From an uncultured bacterium (lineage in GTDB: Bacteria > Patescibacteriota > Minisyncoccia > Moranbacterales > GWC2-37-73): 64,000 nt of DNA. The notes under the pieces are model-generated. The model was not told where the DNA came from, made no database searches, and saw only the letters and a list, made by a program, of their open reading frames with translations. The stretch is from the NCBI GenBank assembly GCA_903861715.1, contig CAIOVI010000019.1, positions 5,936-69,935 on the forward strand, given 5' to 3'. Shown one piece after another: positions 30,785-40,776 of this stretch; position 1 is the stretch's first letter, and the number at the start of each line of letters is the position of its first letter. Made by a program: the position numbers and the translations under genes.

Positions 30785-30886
30785 GAAGTCGCTTTCAATA
30801 AGAAAAATTTTATTATCTAGAGAAGCGAGAGAAACGAAAGTAATCTTTCATTTCCGAGCGAGCGACGATAGCAAGGCGTAATCGCC

Positions 30887-31054
30887 TTATTTGCTTTCAG
30901 TCTTCATGCACTTGGTGCAAATTTTGGCTTTCTTTCCGTCAATCTTTTTGGATTGAATATTGATTGCAAATTTTCTTTTGGAGGCGATGTTTGAATGGCT
31001 TCGGGAATTTCCAGCTGTAGTTCCACGACCGCAAACGCTGCATACTCTACTCAT
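30887..31054 (-). CDS. rpmB: 50S ribosomal protein L28
   Basis: MSRVCSVCGRG...GNSRSHSNIASKRKF; the upstream extension is tandem-repeat DNA. Confidence 0.95.
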   Translation of the reverse strand: MSRVCSVCGRGTTAGNSRSHSNIASKRKFAINIQSKKIDGKKAKICTKCMKTESK

Positions 31055-31287
31055 AGTTATGAAACATGGAACATGAAACATGAAACAAGAAATCAATCTT
31101 CTTATGTTCTAAGAAAAATATGCTTCGTGTTTTATGCTACGTGTTCTATGATGATGTTGATTTATTACAAGGTTTACTGTATCATAGCTATTGAGTTTTG
31201 ACAAGACTAAAGTCATATAACATAAAACACATAACATAAAGCAGGGCTCATCCATGTTCCATGCTTTGTGATCTATGTTCCATTTCT

Positions 31288-31992
31288 GTGGACCTAAATT
31301 CAATTGTTTTAATTGCTTTTTATATCCTCATTCTGATTTATTCAATCGTGATTCATGAAGTCATGCATGGCTTTGTGGCGCTTTGGTTGGGCGATTCGAC
31401 GGCCAAATATGCCCAGCGGCTCAATTTCAACATTTTTAATCACATTGATCCAGTTGGTTCAATTTTGGTGCCGCTCATCATGTTGGTGACTTCCGGTTTC
31501 CACTATGCCTTTGGTTGGGCCAAGCCAGTGCCTTACAATCCCTTCAATTTGAAAAATCAAAAATTCGGGCCGATGTTGGTGGCGCTGGGCGGACCTGGTT
31601 CGAACATTGTGTTGGCCTTGGCGGCCGCAATCGTGGGCAGAATGATCACGCTGCCAACAGCCGTCAAAGGCGACATTATTGTCAGTGTGGCGATGGGCAA
31701 TTGGACTCAGCTCTCAGCACTGGTAGCTGGTTCTCTTGGGGCGATTGTTTTCACTTTGATGACAATGGTGATTTTTTGGAACGTGCTGCTGGCTTTTTTC
31801 AATCTAATTCCTTTTCCGCCGTTGGATGGTTCCAAGATTTTATTCACTTTTCTGCCAATCAAAACTGAAACCATGCTCATGCTTGAACAATATGGCTTCG
31901 TGCTCCTTTTGATGTTCATCTTCATCTTTTCAACTCCGCTTGGAATTTTTCTCAACACCATGCTGAGTTTGTTTTTCAGCGTGACTATCTAG
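31288..31992 (+). CDS. Site-2 protease (M50)
   Basis: HEVMH, GWAKPVP, FNLIPFPPLDGSK; GTG start inferred. Confidence 0.93.
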   Translation: MDLNSIVLIAFYILILIYSIVIHEVMHGFVALWLGDSTAKYAQRLNFNIFNHIDPVGSILVPLIMLVTSGFHYAFGWAKPVPYNPFNLKNQKFGPMLVALGGPGSNIVLALAAAIVGRMITLPTAVKGDIIVSVAMGNWTQLSALVAGSLGAIVFTLMTMVIFWNVLLAFFNLIPFPPLDGSKILFTFLPIKTETMLMLEQYGFVLLLMFIFIFSTPLGIFLNTMLSLFFSVTI

Positions 31993-32081
31993 AAAGTTAC
32001 TTGGGTTGAAATTTTTTTTGAATAAAAAAAGAAAGGCAGAGCAACTAGGTTGGTACCTTTCTTATAATAATGCTTCTTTTT

Positions 32082-32339
32082 TTAAAATTGTTCCTTCAAC
32101 TTAGGAATTATTTTAAAACCTTTTTTAAAGGATTTGAAATCTGGCTTCTCAGGGCCAAATGTAACTGTATAAGTTTTGCAATTTTGTTTTTGATGACAAT
32201 TGTCACCAGGATTTTCTTCTTTGAGGGAATAAATAAATCCACCATCAGCATCCCGTATGCCGTCGCCATTGTAATAAGCCTCCTCTGCTTCTTCAATGGT
32301 TGCTGTTTTTGTCCGGGTTTTTATTTTAAGAAGTTTCAT
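32082..32339 (-). CDS. Hypothetical protein
   Basis: 85 aa ORF with ATG start and hydrophilic composition; no motif recognised. Confidence 0.35.
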   Translation of the reverse strand: MKLLKIKTRTKTATIEEAEEAYYNGDGIRDADGGFIYSLKEENPGDNCHQKQNCKTYTVTFGPEKPDFKSFKKGFKIIPKLKEQF

Positions 32340-32517
32340 TTCTCAAACATTTATGGTTATTGGAATTTTTTCAAAAAAATAAAAAATGCAAAACTCTGGT
32401 TGTTAAAGACCTAATCTTTTCGTCTTGCTATTATATTTCAAAATGACTCAATAGTTTGGCATATTTTGGAAAATAAGTCAAGCTACGGCCTTCAGTGGTG
32501 TTTTGACGTCACTTCGT

Positions 32518-32546
32518 TTGACATATTTACAAAAGTTAGGTAAACT
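32518..32546 (+). promoter_or_regulatory. sigma70 promoter of rpsL-rpsG-fusA
   Basis: TTGACA-17-TAAACT. Confidence 0.8.
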
Positions 32547-32791
32547 ACTTTTGTTAGTCAAGTAGCCAAATTTTTGGCTGTTTTGTTTTAGAAAGTAGTC
32601 AGTCGAGGTTCGTTTCGTTCTGGACGGATTTCCCACAGGCTATGCTTAATTAAAAAATGAACTTATATTTTTCAATTTTGATTTTTGAAATTTAATTCTG
32701 AAAAAGGAGGAATTTCAGCCAAGGGCTGATCAACCTTTGGCGGAAATTAGAAATTAGAAATTAGAAATTAGAAATTAAAGCGAAGCGCACT

Positions 32792-33214
32792 ATGCCAACA
32801 ATCAATCAGTTAGTGAAGAAAGGACGCACATCGTCAACCAAAAAATCAAAGTCACCAGCGATGATGACAATTTTTAACACGCTTCAAAACCGACCGAAGC
32901 AAACTTCGAGTCCGTTTAAGCGTGGAGTTTGCATTAAGGTCAGCACCACCACTCCAAAGAAACCAAACTCAGCGCTGCGAAAAATCGCTCGTGTTCGTTT
33001 GACCAATGGCATGGAAGTCACAGCTTACATCCCAGGAGTTGGACACAATTTGCAAGAGCATTCAATCGTGATGATCCGCGGAGGAAGAGTTAAAGATCTT
33101 CCAGGTGTGCGCTATCACATTGTGCGTGGAGTTTTGGACAGCGCCGGTGTTGACAAACGAAACCAAGGTCGCAGCAAATACGGAGCCAAGAGACCGAAGG
33201 CAAAAACCGAATAA
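32792..33214 (+). CDS. rpsL: 30S ribosomal protein S12
   Basis: [30 protein letters not shown]. Confidence 0.99.
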   Translation: MPTINQLVKKGRTSSTKKSKSPAMMTIFNTLQNRPKQTSSPFKRGVCIKVSTTTPKKPNSALRKIARVRLTNGMEVTAYIPGVGHNLQEHSIVMIRGGRVKDLPGVRYHIVRGVLDSAGVDKRNQGRSKYGAKRPKAKTE

Positions 33215-33321
33215 TTATATTTAACAGATTAACACTGATATAAAACTGATAAACACTGATCACGGATATCCGTGCTCCGTAAAAATCCGTCAAGGATCTG
33301 TTAAAATCAGTATAAAAAAAT
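33215..33321 (+). repeat. Intergenic multi-unit hairpin (ACNGAT repeats / ATCNGT repeats)
   Basis: Left ACAGAT, ACTGAT x3, ACGGAT; right ATCCGT, CTCCGT, ATCCGT, ATCTGT, ATCAGT. Confidence 0.8.
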
Positions 33322-33789
33322 ATGGCACGAAGAAAAAGAGTATATAAGAAACAATGGAAAGCTGACTCGAGATATGGAAATGTCTTGGTGGGTCGTTTCA
33401 TTGGCAAAATTTTGCAAGATGGCAAACGAAGTGTGGCTGAAAAAGTTATCTATGAATCTTTTGATATTATTCATGAACGAACCAAAAAAGGCGGTCTGAA
33501 TGTTTTTGAACAAGCAATCAAGAATGTTTCTCCCCTTTTGGAATTGAAATCAAAGCGAGTTGGTGGCGCAAACTATCAAGTTCCGATTCAGGTTTCTGGA
33601 GAACGCCGTCAGACTTTGGCTGTGCGTTGGATTTTGGCAGCTTGCCGCGCGAAGAAGGGCAAGAAAATGGCTGAGAAATTGGCTGATGAATTCATTGACG
33701 CATCAAACAAGGTTGGCAGCGCGATGAAGAAACGCGATGACACTCACCGCATGGCCGAAGCTAACAAAGCTTTTGCACATTTCGCCTAG
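33322..33789 (+). CDS. rpsG: 30S ribosomal protein S7
   Basis: RVGGANYQVP, HRMAEANKAFAH. Confidence 0.99.
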   Translation: MARRKRVYKKQWKADSRYGNVLVGRFIGKILQDGKRSVAEKVIYESFDIIHERTKKGGLNVFEQAIKNVSPLLELKSKRVGGANYQVPIQVSGERRQTLAVRWILAACRAKKGKKMAEKLADEFIDASNKVGSAMKKRDDTHRMAEANKAFAHFA

Positions 33790-33861
33790 TTTAAATTTCA
33801 ATAAGACCTATATGACTGTATAGGTCTTATAGGTCTTATTTTTTATCTAACAAAAAAAATT

Positions 33862-35946
33862 ATGTCTCAAGAAAATGACATTTCCAAATTAAGAAACATT
33901 GGCATCATCGCTCACATTGATGGCGGAAAAACCACCACCACGGAGCGTATTTTGTTTTACACTGGGATCACTCACAAAATCGGAGAGGTGCATGAAGGCG
34001 CTGCCACGATGGACTGGATGGAACAAGAACAAGAACGCGGCATCACCATCACTTCTGCGGCCACTAAATGCAGTTGGAAAGGTCATCCAATCAACATCAT
34101 CGACACTCCTGGTCACGTGGACTTCACAGTGGAAGTTGAACGCTCATTGCGCGTGCTGGATGGCGCCGTGGTTATTTTCGATGGCAAAGAAGGCGTGGAA
34201 CCGCAATCTGAAACAGTGTGGCGACAAGCTGACAAATATCACGTGCCGCGTATTTGCTTTGTCAACAAAATTGACAAAGAAGGCGCTGATTTTGATTTTG
34301 TGTTGGGCTCAATTTGGAATCGCTTGACTCCTAATGCTTTGGCGCTGCAAATTCCAATTGGCGAACGCAGTGAATTTTCTGGCGTGGTTGATTTGATGAA
34401 AATGAAAGCCTACACTTTTGAAGGCGAGATGGGCATCAAAGTGGTGGAAAATGAAATTCCAGCTGAACTCGTGGAAAAAGCCAAACAGTGGCGAGAAAAA
34501 ATGATTGAAAAAATTTCTGAAACTGATGATGCTTTGACTGAAAAATATTTGAGTGGCGAAGAAATTTCAACGGAAGAACTGAAAGCTGCTCTCCGTCGAG
34601 GCGTGCTGGCTGCCAAACTTGTGCCAGTTTTCACGGGAACTGCCCTTCGCAACAAAGGCGTGCAATTGGTGCTGGACGCTGTGGTTGACTACTTGCCATC
34701 ACCTTTGGACGTGCCTCCAGTGATTGGAACTAATCCAAAAAATGGCGAAGAAGTTACACGAGCCGCTGATGACAACGAACCTTTTTCAGCCTTGGCTTTC
34801 AAAGTTGCCACCGATCCTTTCGTGGGACAACTAACCTTCTTTCGGGTTTATTCGGGAACTCTCAAGGCTGGTTCATATGTGGTTAATGCCACTAATGGAC
34901 AAAAAGAAAGAATTGGACGAATTTTGCAAATGCATGCCAATCATCGCGAAGAAATTGATGAAATTCGAGCTGGCGGAATCGGCGCCTTGGTGGGACTCAA
35001 AAGCACGACCACTGGTGACACGCTTTGCGATGAACAAAAGCAAATCATTTTGGAAAATATTGTTTTCCCAGAACCTGTGATTGACATTGCGGTGGAACCG
35101 AAGACTAAAGCTGATCAAGAAAAAATGGGACTTGCTCTTCGCAAATTGGCTGGAGAAGATCCAACCTTGCGATTGCGCACCGATGAGGAAAGTGGGCAAA
35201 CCATTATTTCCGGAATGGGCGAGCTTCATCTTGACATCATTATTGATCGCATGAAACGAGAATTTGGAGTGGAAGCTAACATTGGTCAACCGCAAGTGGC
35301 TTATCGCGAAACCATCAAAAGCGAAGCGCAAGCTGAAGGAAAATACATCAAACAGTCTGGAGGACGTGGACAATATGGACATTGCTGGCTCAAAGTGCGT
35401 CCGCAAGAAGAAAAAGGCAAGGGCTATGAATTCTTCGATGAAATTAAAGGTGGAGTTATTCCTCAAGAATACATCACTCCGATTAATAGGGGAGCCAAAG
35501 AAGCTTTGGAAAATGGTGTGTTGGCTGGTTATCCAATGGTGGACGTGATTGTGACCCTTTATGATGGATCTTTCCATGAAGTCGACTCCTCTGAAGCCGC
35601 TTTCAAAATCGCTGGTTCAATGGCCGTGCAAGAAGCGGTCAAACGCGCCAACCCAATCATCTTGGAACCTATTATGAAAGTGGTGGTGACTGTGCCGGAA
35701 CAATTCATGGGTGACATCGTGGGCGACATTAATGCTCGTCGTGGGATGATCAAGGAAATTAATGATCGCGGAGAGGGAAATGCTCGCGTGAAAGAAATTG
35801 AATCTGAAGTTCCCTTGGCCAATATGTTTGGATATGCAACTCAAATGCGATCCATGACTCAAGGACGTGCTTCATATTCCATGGAATTTGCGCACTACAA
35901 CGAAGTGCCAAAGAACGTGGCCGAGACGATTATCGCTAAAAAATAG
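33862..35946 (+). CDS. fusA: Elongation factor G
   Basis: [30 protein letters not shown]. Confidence 0.99.
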   Translation: MSQENDISKLRNIGIIAHIDGGKTTTTERILFYTGITHKIGEVHEGAATMDWMEQEQERGITITSAATKCSWKGHPINIIDTPGHVDFTVEVERSLRVLDGAVVIFDGKEGVEPQSETVWRQADKYHVPRICFVNKIDKEGADFDFVLGSIWNRLTPNALALQIPIGERSEFSGVVDLMKMKAYTFEGEMGIKVVENEIPAELVEKAKQWREKMIEKISETDDALTEKYLSGEEISTEELKAALRRGVLAAKLVPVFTGTALRNKGVQLVLDAVVDYLPSPLDVPPVIGTNPKNGEEVTRAADDNEPFSALAFKVATDPFVGQLTFFRVYSGTLKAGSYVVNATNGQKERIGRILQMHANHREEIDEIRAGGIGALVGLKSTTTGDTLCDEQKQIILENIVFPEPVIDIAVEPKTKADQEKMGLALRKLAGEDPTLRLRTDEESGQTIISGMGELHLDIIIDRMKREFGVEANIGQPQVAYRETIKSEAQAEGKYIKQSGGRGQYGHCWLKVRPQEEKGKGYEFFDEIKGGVIPQEYITPINRGAKEALENGVLAGYPMVDVIVTLYDGSFHEVDSSEAAFKIAGSMAVQEAVKRANPIILEPIMKVVVTVPEQFMGDIVGDINARRGMIKEINDRGEGNARVKEIESEVPLANMFGYATQMRSMTQGRASYSMEFAHYNEVPKNVAETIIAKK

Positions 35947-35989
35947 TTTCCGATGCGAAACTACGAATGAAATACGAATCTACGAAATT

Positions 35990-36015
35990 AAAAAACAGCC
36001 TGCGGGCTGTTTTTT
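35990..36015 (+). terminator. Intrinsic terminator after fusA
   Basis: AAAAAACAGCC-TGCG-GGCTGTTTTTT. Confidence 0.85.
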
Positions 36016-36058
36016 GGTGGGGAAAATAAATAAATCTAAATTTAGCCAACCAACTGTT

Positions 36059-36092
36059 GGAGGCTCAACCTCCATATGGAGGTTGAGCCTCC
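36059..36092. repeat. REP-like double palindrome
   Basis: GGAGGCTCAACCTCC-ATAT-GGAGGTTGAGCCTCC. Confidence 0.9.
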
Positions 36093-36238
36093 TTGCTAGC
36101 ACGCAACTTTATTTGATTTGGCATGCTTGGGGAGATAAAAAAGTTTTCATCATAAAGTAAACTTTCTTGATATTTCAAAAAGTTTAGCTTATGATGAAAA
36201 CAGTGAAATGTGAAATAAATTTTTATTGTTCAAAAAAT

Positions 36239-37153
36239 ATGGCACTCTATAATTTACAAAATCATAAGCTTGTAACTATCAAAGAAGAATCATTTAAATT
36301 GGAAAAAGAAATTCAAATAATTACTGAAAAAAATCTTGAATATGTTTTTGGTTTGAAATTTGTAAAATCAGAACTAGCGTTACATAATTTGAGATTTGAT
36401 ACTTTAGCATTCGATGCTGAGAATAAAAGTTTCGTGATCATTGAATATAAAAGAGACAAAAATTTCAGTGTCATAGATCAAGGGTACGCATATCTTTCAT
36501 TAATGCTGAATAATAAGGCCGATTTTATTTTGGAGTATAATGAAAGTGCTAATACCAACTTAAAACGAGATGATGTCGATTGGTCTCAATCAAGGGTGAT
36601 ATTTGTTTCACCAGTTTTTTCAAAATATCAACAGCAAGCCATAAATTTTAGGGATTTACCGATTGAACTGTGGGAAATCACAAAATATCAAAATGATTTA
36701 ATTCAATACGATAGACTGAAGTCTCCAGAAACATCTGAGTCAATCAATAAGATTAGTAAATCAAGTGAAACAGTAGAAAGGGTAACTGAGGAAGTTAGGG
36801 TTTACACGGAAGATGATTATTTAAAAACTGCTGATGAAGAAATAGTAGATCTTTATGAAGAGCTTAAGAATCAAATTTTGAGCTTAGATAACAAAATTGA
36901 AATTGTGCCAAAAAAGAAATATATAGCATTTAAGGCATCTTCTAATTTTATTGATGTATTACCACAGAAGGGTAAGATTAAATGTTGGCTCAATATGCCA
37001 AAAGGGGAATTAAATGATCCTTATGGAATTAGTAGGGATGTTTCTGGAATTGGACACTGGGGCAATGGAGATTATGAGTTTAGTATATCTTCTTCGTCTG
37101 AGTTTATAAATTTGATGCCTTTAATAAAACAAAGTTACGAAAAGAATAAATAG
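36239..37153 (+). CDS. PD-(D/E)xK (NucS-like) + DUF5655 domain protein
   Basis: LEKEIQ, RFDTLAFD...IIEYKRD; RDVSGIGHWGNGDYE; lower GC than its neighbours. Confidence 0.8.
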   Translation: MALYNLQNHKLVTIKEESFKLEKEIQIITEKNLEYVFGLKFVKSELALHNLRFDTLAFDAENKSFVIIEYKRDKNFSVIDQGYAYLSLMLNNKADFILEYNESANTNLKRDDVDWSQSRVIFVSPVFSKYQQQAINFRDLPIELWEITKYQNDLIQYDRLKSPETSESINKISKSSETVERVTEEVRVYTEDDYLKTADEEIVDLYEELKNQILSLDNKIEIVPKKKYIAFKASSNFIDVLPQKGKIKCWLNMPKGELNDPYGISRDVSGIGHWGNGDYEFSISSSSEFINLMPLIKQSYEKNK

Positions 37154-37542
37154 TCTTATTTTACCAAGCTATCAAATCCTGCCCTCGAGAACTCGAGCTA
37201 TTTCAAAAAACAAAAAGCGTGTCAAAAAAATGCATATTTAGATAGTAAAGTTTCATTTTGAGCCTGATGAGAACCAGACCCATATATTAATATATGGGTC
37301 TGAATGAAAATTTATTAGGCACTGTAAAATGCACATGAGTTGTGCTGAAAATTTTTCTCTTGAGTTGTTAAAATTTGGCAATTGCCAAAAAATAACAACT
37401 TTTGCAAGCTTGGAATTTTTTTGGATATGTTAATTTTGGTAAATATGCGAGATTTGGCATATCTATTTTTTTAGTTGCATTTACTAGGTTTTGTTGTTAT
37501 TTTATAGGGGTGAGAAAATAATAATTCAGAAAATATAAGCTT

Positions 37543-38649
37543 ATGAAAAAGCATGAACTGCGAGAATGTATTGAAAAAATAAAGACAGGAAGCAAGGAAG
37601 AAATCAAACTTGCCAATAAAGCGCTTGAAAAAATTTGGGATGATTCTGACAGGGAATCGGCTGATCGAAAAGAGTTTCTTGAAATGTTTATTTCTGAATT
37701 CGGAAACTTTGAAGCTATTAAAAATGAGAGCAACAAGATTGCCTTCATTGGATCTTTGAAATATGCGTTTATGTCCGTGGATCAAGATGACCGCAATTTT
37801 GAAGCTTGCGCACGATTCGTGTTGTATTGTATGACAAATCCCTCTGGGCATATAAGGCAAGCTATAATCCATGTAGGTATCTATCTGATTCATTTTTTGC
37901 GTGCGTCTTTCAGCGATTTCAGAAAAAATGAGCAAGATGAGAAACTTATTTTGAAAAACCAAGAAAGAATTGGCAAGTTCATAACTGAATTGGATGCAAT
38001 GCTGGAACATTTTTATGAGAGAAAATACAAACGTTTTAAATACATTAGCAGTTTGCCACCGAGTGCGTATAAAAGTTTGGAAATCCTTAGAAATCAGCTT
38101 CTTTGCAGTGAGTACTATCAGAAAATATTTGAGGAATATCAAAACAAGAGATTGCGCACGGTTTTGCCGCAGCTTGTTTTGAAATATACGCAATTAGGTA
38201 TTAATACGGTTGAAGACGGATTTGTCTGTTCTCTTTGCCAGCGCAGAAAAAAGCGTTTAGGATCTTCAAATCCGTTGGCTAAAAAGCCATTGATAATTTG
38301 CGAGGACTGCACAATTGATGAATATATGAAAGATTATGGCTACAAAACTCGAGCCGCTGCCGCAGCTCGCAGAAGAAGAATTTTTGATGTGGGATATTTG
38401 TTGCAAGATTTACTAGTGGATCGATATTTAGCTGAAAATAATAAAAAACATATTAGGGAATTAAGTGAGCATGAGACTGAGCAGCTTTTTATGCTTGGGG
38501 CAGGTATGTACAATGAGCTTTTTGATAAAGGCGATAAAATTTTTCTTGAGGAAATTTTTAATCAAAAAGAAATCGAAGAAAAATTACAAGCAACTTTGGA
38601 TAAAGGTGAATTTGATTGGGATTTTTTCAAAGCTAATTTGGAGCAATAA
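37543..38649 (+). CDS. Hypothetical helical protein with CxxC...CxxC
   Basis: 368 aa ORF; CSLC and CEDC. Confidence 0.75.
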   Translation: MKKHELRECIEKIKTGSKEEIKLANKALEKIWDDSDRESADRKEFLEMFISEFGNFEAIKNESNKIAFIGSLKYAFMSVDQDDRNFEACARFVLYCMTNPSGHIRQAIIHVGIYLIHFLRASFSDFRKNEQDEKLILKNQERIGKFITELDAMLEHFYERKYKRFKYISSLPPSAYKSLEILRNQLLCSEYYQKIFEEYQNKRLRTVLPQLVLKYTQLGINTVEDGFVCSLCQRRKKRLGSSNPLAKKPLIICEDCTIDEYMKDYGYKTRAAAAARRRRIFDVGYLLQDLLVDRYLAENNKKHIRELSEHETEQLFMLGAGMYNELFDKGDKIFLEEIFNQKEIEEKLQATLDKGEFDWDFFKANLEQ

Positions 38650-38718
38650 AAGGGGGATGGGAATATAATTTTAAAGGAAGAGATTGTCTTAAATTTTAAA
38701 ATGTGCTAGATTGTTACT

Positions 38719-39039
38719 ATGGAAACGCAGATAACCGACCAAAAAATAGCTGAAATTGCCAAGCAAATTGCTGAGCAACAACAACCAGAAAAGATTATTC
38801 TTTTTGGTTCTTATGCTTGGGGAAAACCGCACAAAGATTCTGATGTGGATTTGTTTGTGGTGAAAAAAACTAACGACACTCGAAAAACTGCTCAGGAGAT
38901 TAATCAATTGTTTTTTCCCAGATTCTTTCCAATGGACGTGGTTGTTTACACTCCTTTTCAATTGGAAAAGGAGCTTAATTTGGAGGAACCTTTTGCTTTG
39001 AAAATAATCAACGAAGGCAGAATTTTATTTCAAAATTAA
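38719..39039 (+). CDS. Minimal nucleotidyltransferase (MNT)
   Basis: IILFGSYAWG...DSDVDL. Confidence 0.92.
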   Translation: METQITDQKIAEIAKQIAEQQQPEKIILFGSYAWGKPHKDSDVDLFVVKKTNDTRKTAQEINQLFFPRFFPMDVVVYTPFQLEKELNLEEPFALKIINEGRILFQN

Positions 39040-39044
39040 AAGCA

Positions 39045-39446
39045 ATGAAAGAAGAAAATAAAAAAATTGTGCTTGAGCGTTGGTTTAAGAAAGCCCAAGA
39101 AGATGAGCTTAATGCTGATTCTATTTTGAGGCATCGCGATGGCACTCCTGGCGTAGTGTGTTTTCTTGCACAACAATTGGCAGAAAAATATTTGAAAGCC
39201 TGTCTGATTTCTTTTGATTTGGAAATCTTGAAAGTGCATGATCTTTTGAGGTTGATTTCAGTTTTGGAAAGCAGTGCTTCAGAAATAAAAATTTTAAGCA
39301 ATGAGGCAAATCTTTTGAATCAATTTTATATCGAAACTCGCTATGTGGGTGATTATCCCGATTTTTCCTGGGAGGATGCAGAGAAAGCCTATGAAGCAGC
39401 CAAAAAAATCAAGGAGTTTGTTTTGAGGGAAATCACGGAGAAATAG
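39045..39446 (+). CDS. HEPN domain protein
   Basis: CFLAQQLAEKYLKA, KVHDL, YIETRY. Confidence 0.92.
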   Translation: MKEENKKIVLERWFKKAQEDELNADSILRHRDGTPGVVCFLAQQLAEKYLKACLISFDLEILKVHDLLRLISVLESSASEIKILSNEANLLNQFYIETRYVGDYPDFSWEDAEKAYEAAKKIKEFVLREITEK

Positions 39447-39510
39447 CTTTCATGAAGCATGGAACACAAAACATGGAACATGGAAGCAAAAATTCAAATA
39501 TACGTTTAAA

Positions 39511-39536
39511 GGCAGTCTCGTAAGGACTGTTTTTTT
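39511..39536 (+). terminator. Intrinsic terminator after the HEPN gene
   Basis: GGCAGTC..GACTGT followed by a T-run. Confidence 0.65.
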
Positions 39537-39561
39537 GTTGCGAGCAAGCCATTTTTTGGAC

Positions 39562-39608
39562 TTATCCACAGGTGGCGATTGACAGTGATATTGAAGAAGT
39601 GTTAAACT
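39562..39608 (+). promoter_or_regulatory. DnaA box next to a sigma70 promoter
   Basis: TTATCCACA 39562-39570; TTGACA(39579)-18-TAAACT. Confidence 0.6.
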
Positions 39609-39710
39609 ATCATTATTGGGCAAGCGGCCGCAAGCTCAGGCTAATAAAATTAAAATTAAAAATCCAAGTTAAGTTTTAGCTTTGATAACAAAATAATTTC
39701 GTTACCATTT

Positions 39711-39745
39711 GGGAGTTCGACTCCCATTGGGGGAGTCAAACTCCC
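39711..39745. repeat. REP-like double palindrome, divergent variant
   Basis: GGGAGTTCGACTCCC-ATTGG-GGGAGTCAAACTCCC. Confidence 0.8.
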
Positions 39746-39801
39746 TTGAGATGATAACGTTTGCTATCTTGATATAAAATAGAATTTAACTGGGCAAAAA
39801 A

Positions 39802-40056
39802 ATGAGCAACTATCAAAACTCCGCTCAAGGCGGAAACAATGTGTCTGAAAAAGTTTTTTCCAAAATGCTTCGCGCAGGAGGCAAAAATTATTTCTTTGAT
39901 GTCAAAAAAGCCAGCAATGGCAGCAACTATCTGACCGTGGCAGAGTCCTACAAAAATCAGCAAGGCCAGCAAGTCACCAATCGAGTGATGCTTTTCAAAG
40001 ATCATTTTCAAGATTTTTTCGCTTCACTGCAGGAAGCCAGCAACTTTTTGAAGTGA
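39802..40056 (+). CDS. PUR-family (DUF3276) ssDNA/RNA-binding protein
   Basis: VFSKMLRAGGKNYFFDVK...YLTVAES. Confidence 0.85.
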   Translation: MSNYQNSAQGGNNVSEKVFSKMLRAGGKNYFFDVKKASNGSNYLTVAESYKNQQGQQVTNRVMLFKDHFQDFFASLQEASNFLK

Positions 40057-40094
40057 AAATTGACATTGTTAATTGGCAGTTATATTATATCAAT

Positions 40095-40535
40095 ATGAAA
40101 AACCAAACCAAAAAAACTGAAGAAAAAGTTTATACCATGGGAGAAGTCGGCTCTTTGCTGGAAAGCATGGACGGTACCATGAAGATGATGTCAGAAAATT
40201 ATGTCGGTCTTGTGAAAACTCAGGATAAAATTCTTGCGGTTCAGTATGATATGAAAAATCAACTTGAACGAGTTGAAATTAGACTCAGTGGCGTCGAGGG
40301 CGGGCTTATTGGTGTCGAGGGCAGGCTCAGTGGTGTCGAAGGCAGGCTTAGTGGTGTCGAGGGAAGATTGGATGGAGTTGAGCACCGACTTGAAAAAGTT
40401 GAAACCAAAATCGACAGGCTGCAAGATGATATGGTGGAAGTGAAGTTTGAACTCAAGAAGAAAGTTGCTGTGGATGATTTCGAAAAATTGGAAAAGCGAG
40501 TCGTCAAGCTCGAAAAACTTTCCTATTCGCATTAG
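40095..40535 (+). CDS. Coiled-coil protein with heptad (21-nt) repeats
   Basis: (RLSGVEG)n; TTGACA-17-TATTAT 6 nt before the ATG. Confidence 0.85.
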   Translation: MKNQTKKTEEKVYTMGEVGSLLESMDGTMKMMSENYVGLVKTQDKILAVQYDMKNQLERVEIRLSGVEGGLIGVEGRLSGVEGRLSGVEGRLDGVEHRLEKVETKIDRLQDDMVEVKFELKKKVAVDDFEKLEKRVVKLEKLSYSH

Positions 40536-40698
40536 CAACTTTGCGCCAAAAAATCTTCAGTCAAAATACCTCCAACTTTTTGCTTGGTGGTATTTTTTAT
40601 GGACCAGTCGCAATTTTTTTCAATTATGCTAAAATAAAATCGTGGAAATAATTTTTAAACTAATACAGAATCAACTTAATTAGTTGCAGCTATACGTT

Positions 40699-40733
40699 GG
40701 AGGTTCGACCTCCATTAGGGAGGTCGAACCTCC
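40699..40733. repeat. REP-like double palindrome
   Basis: GGAGGTTCGACCTCC-ATTAG-GGAGGTCGAACCTCC. Confidence 0.9.
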
Positions 40734-40776
40734 TTGTAACCAACAGTAATTTAATTGATTTGGTATAAGTAAAAAT

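Noticed and set aside
32070-32414. 114-aa plus-strand ORF
   Set aside because: Phe/Cys-rich composition typical of an antisense shadow; the minus-strand ORF is more plausible
39562-39570. Replication origin
   Set aside because: Single DnaA box, no cluster and no dnaA/dnaN nearby
39711-39745. tRNA (GTTCGA T-loop-like sequence)
   Set aside because: No acceptor, D or anticodon arms; it matches the 15+5+15 REP double-palindrome family
40280-40392. 21-nt tandem repeat as a DNA-level element
   Set aside because: In-frame heptad repeat with synonymous-position variation, explained by the coiled-coil protein
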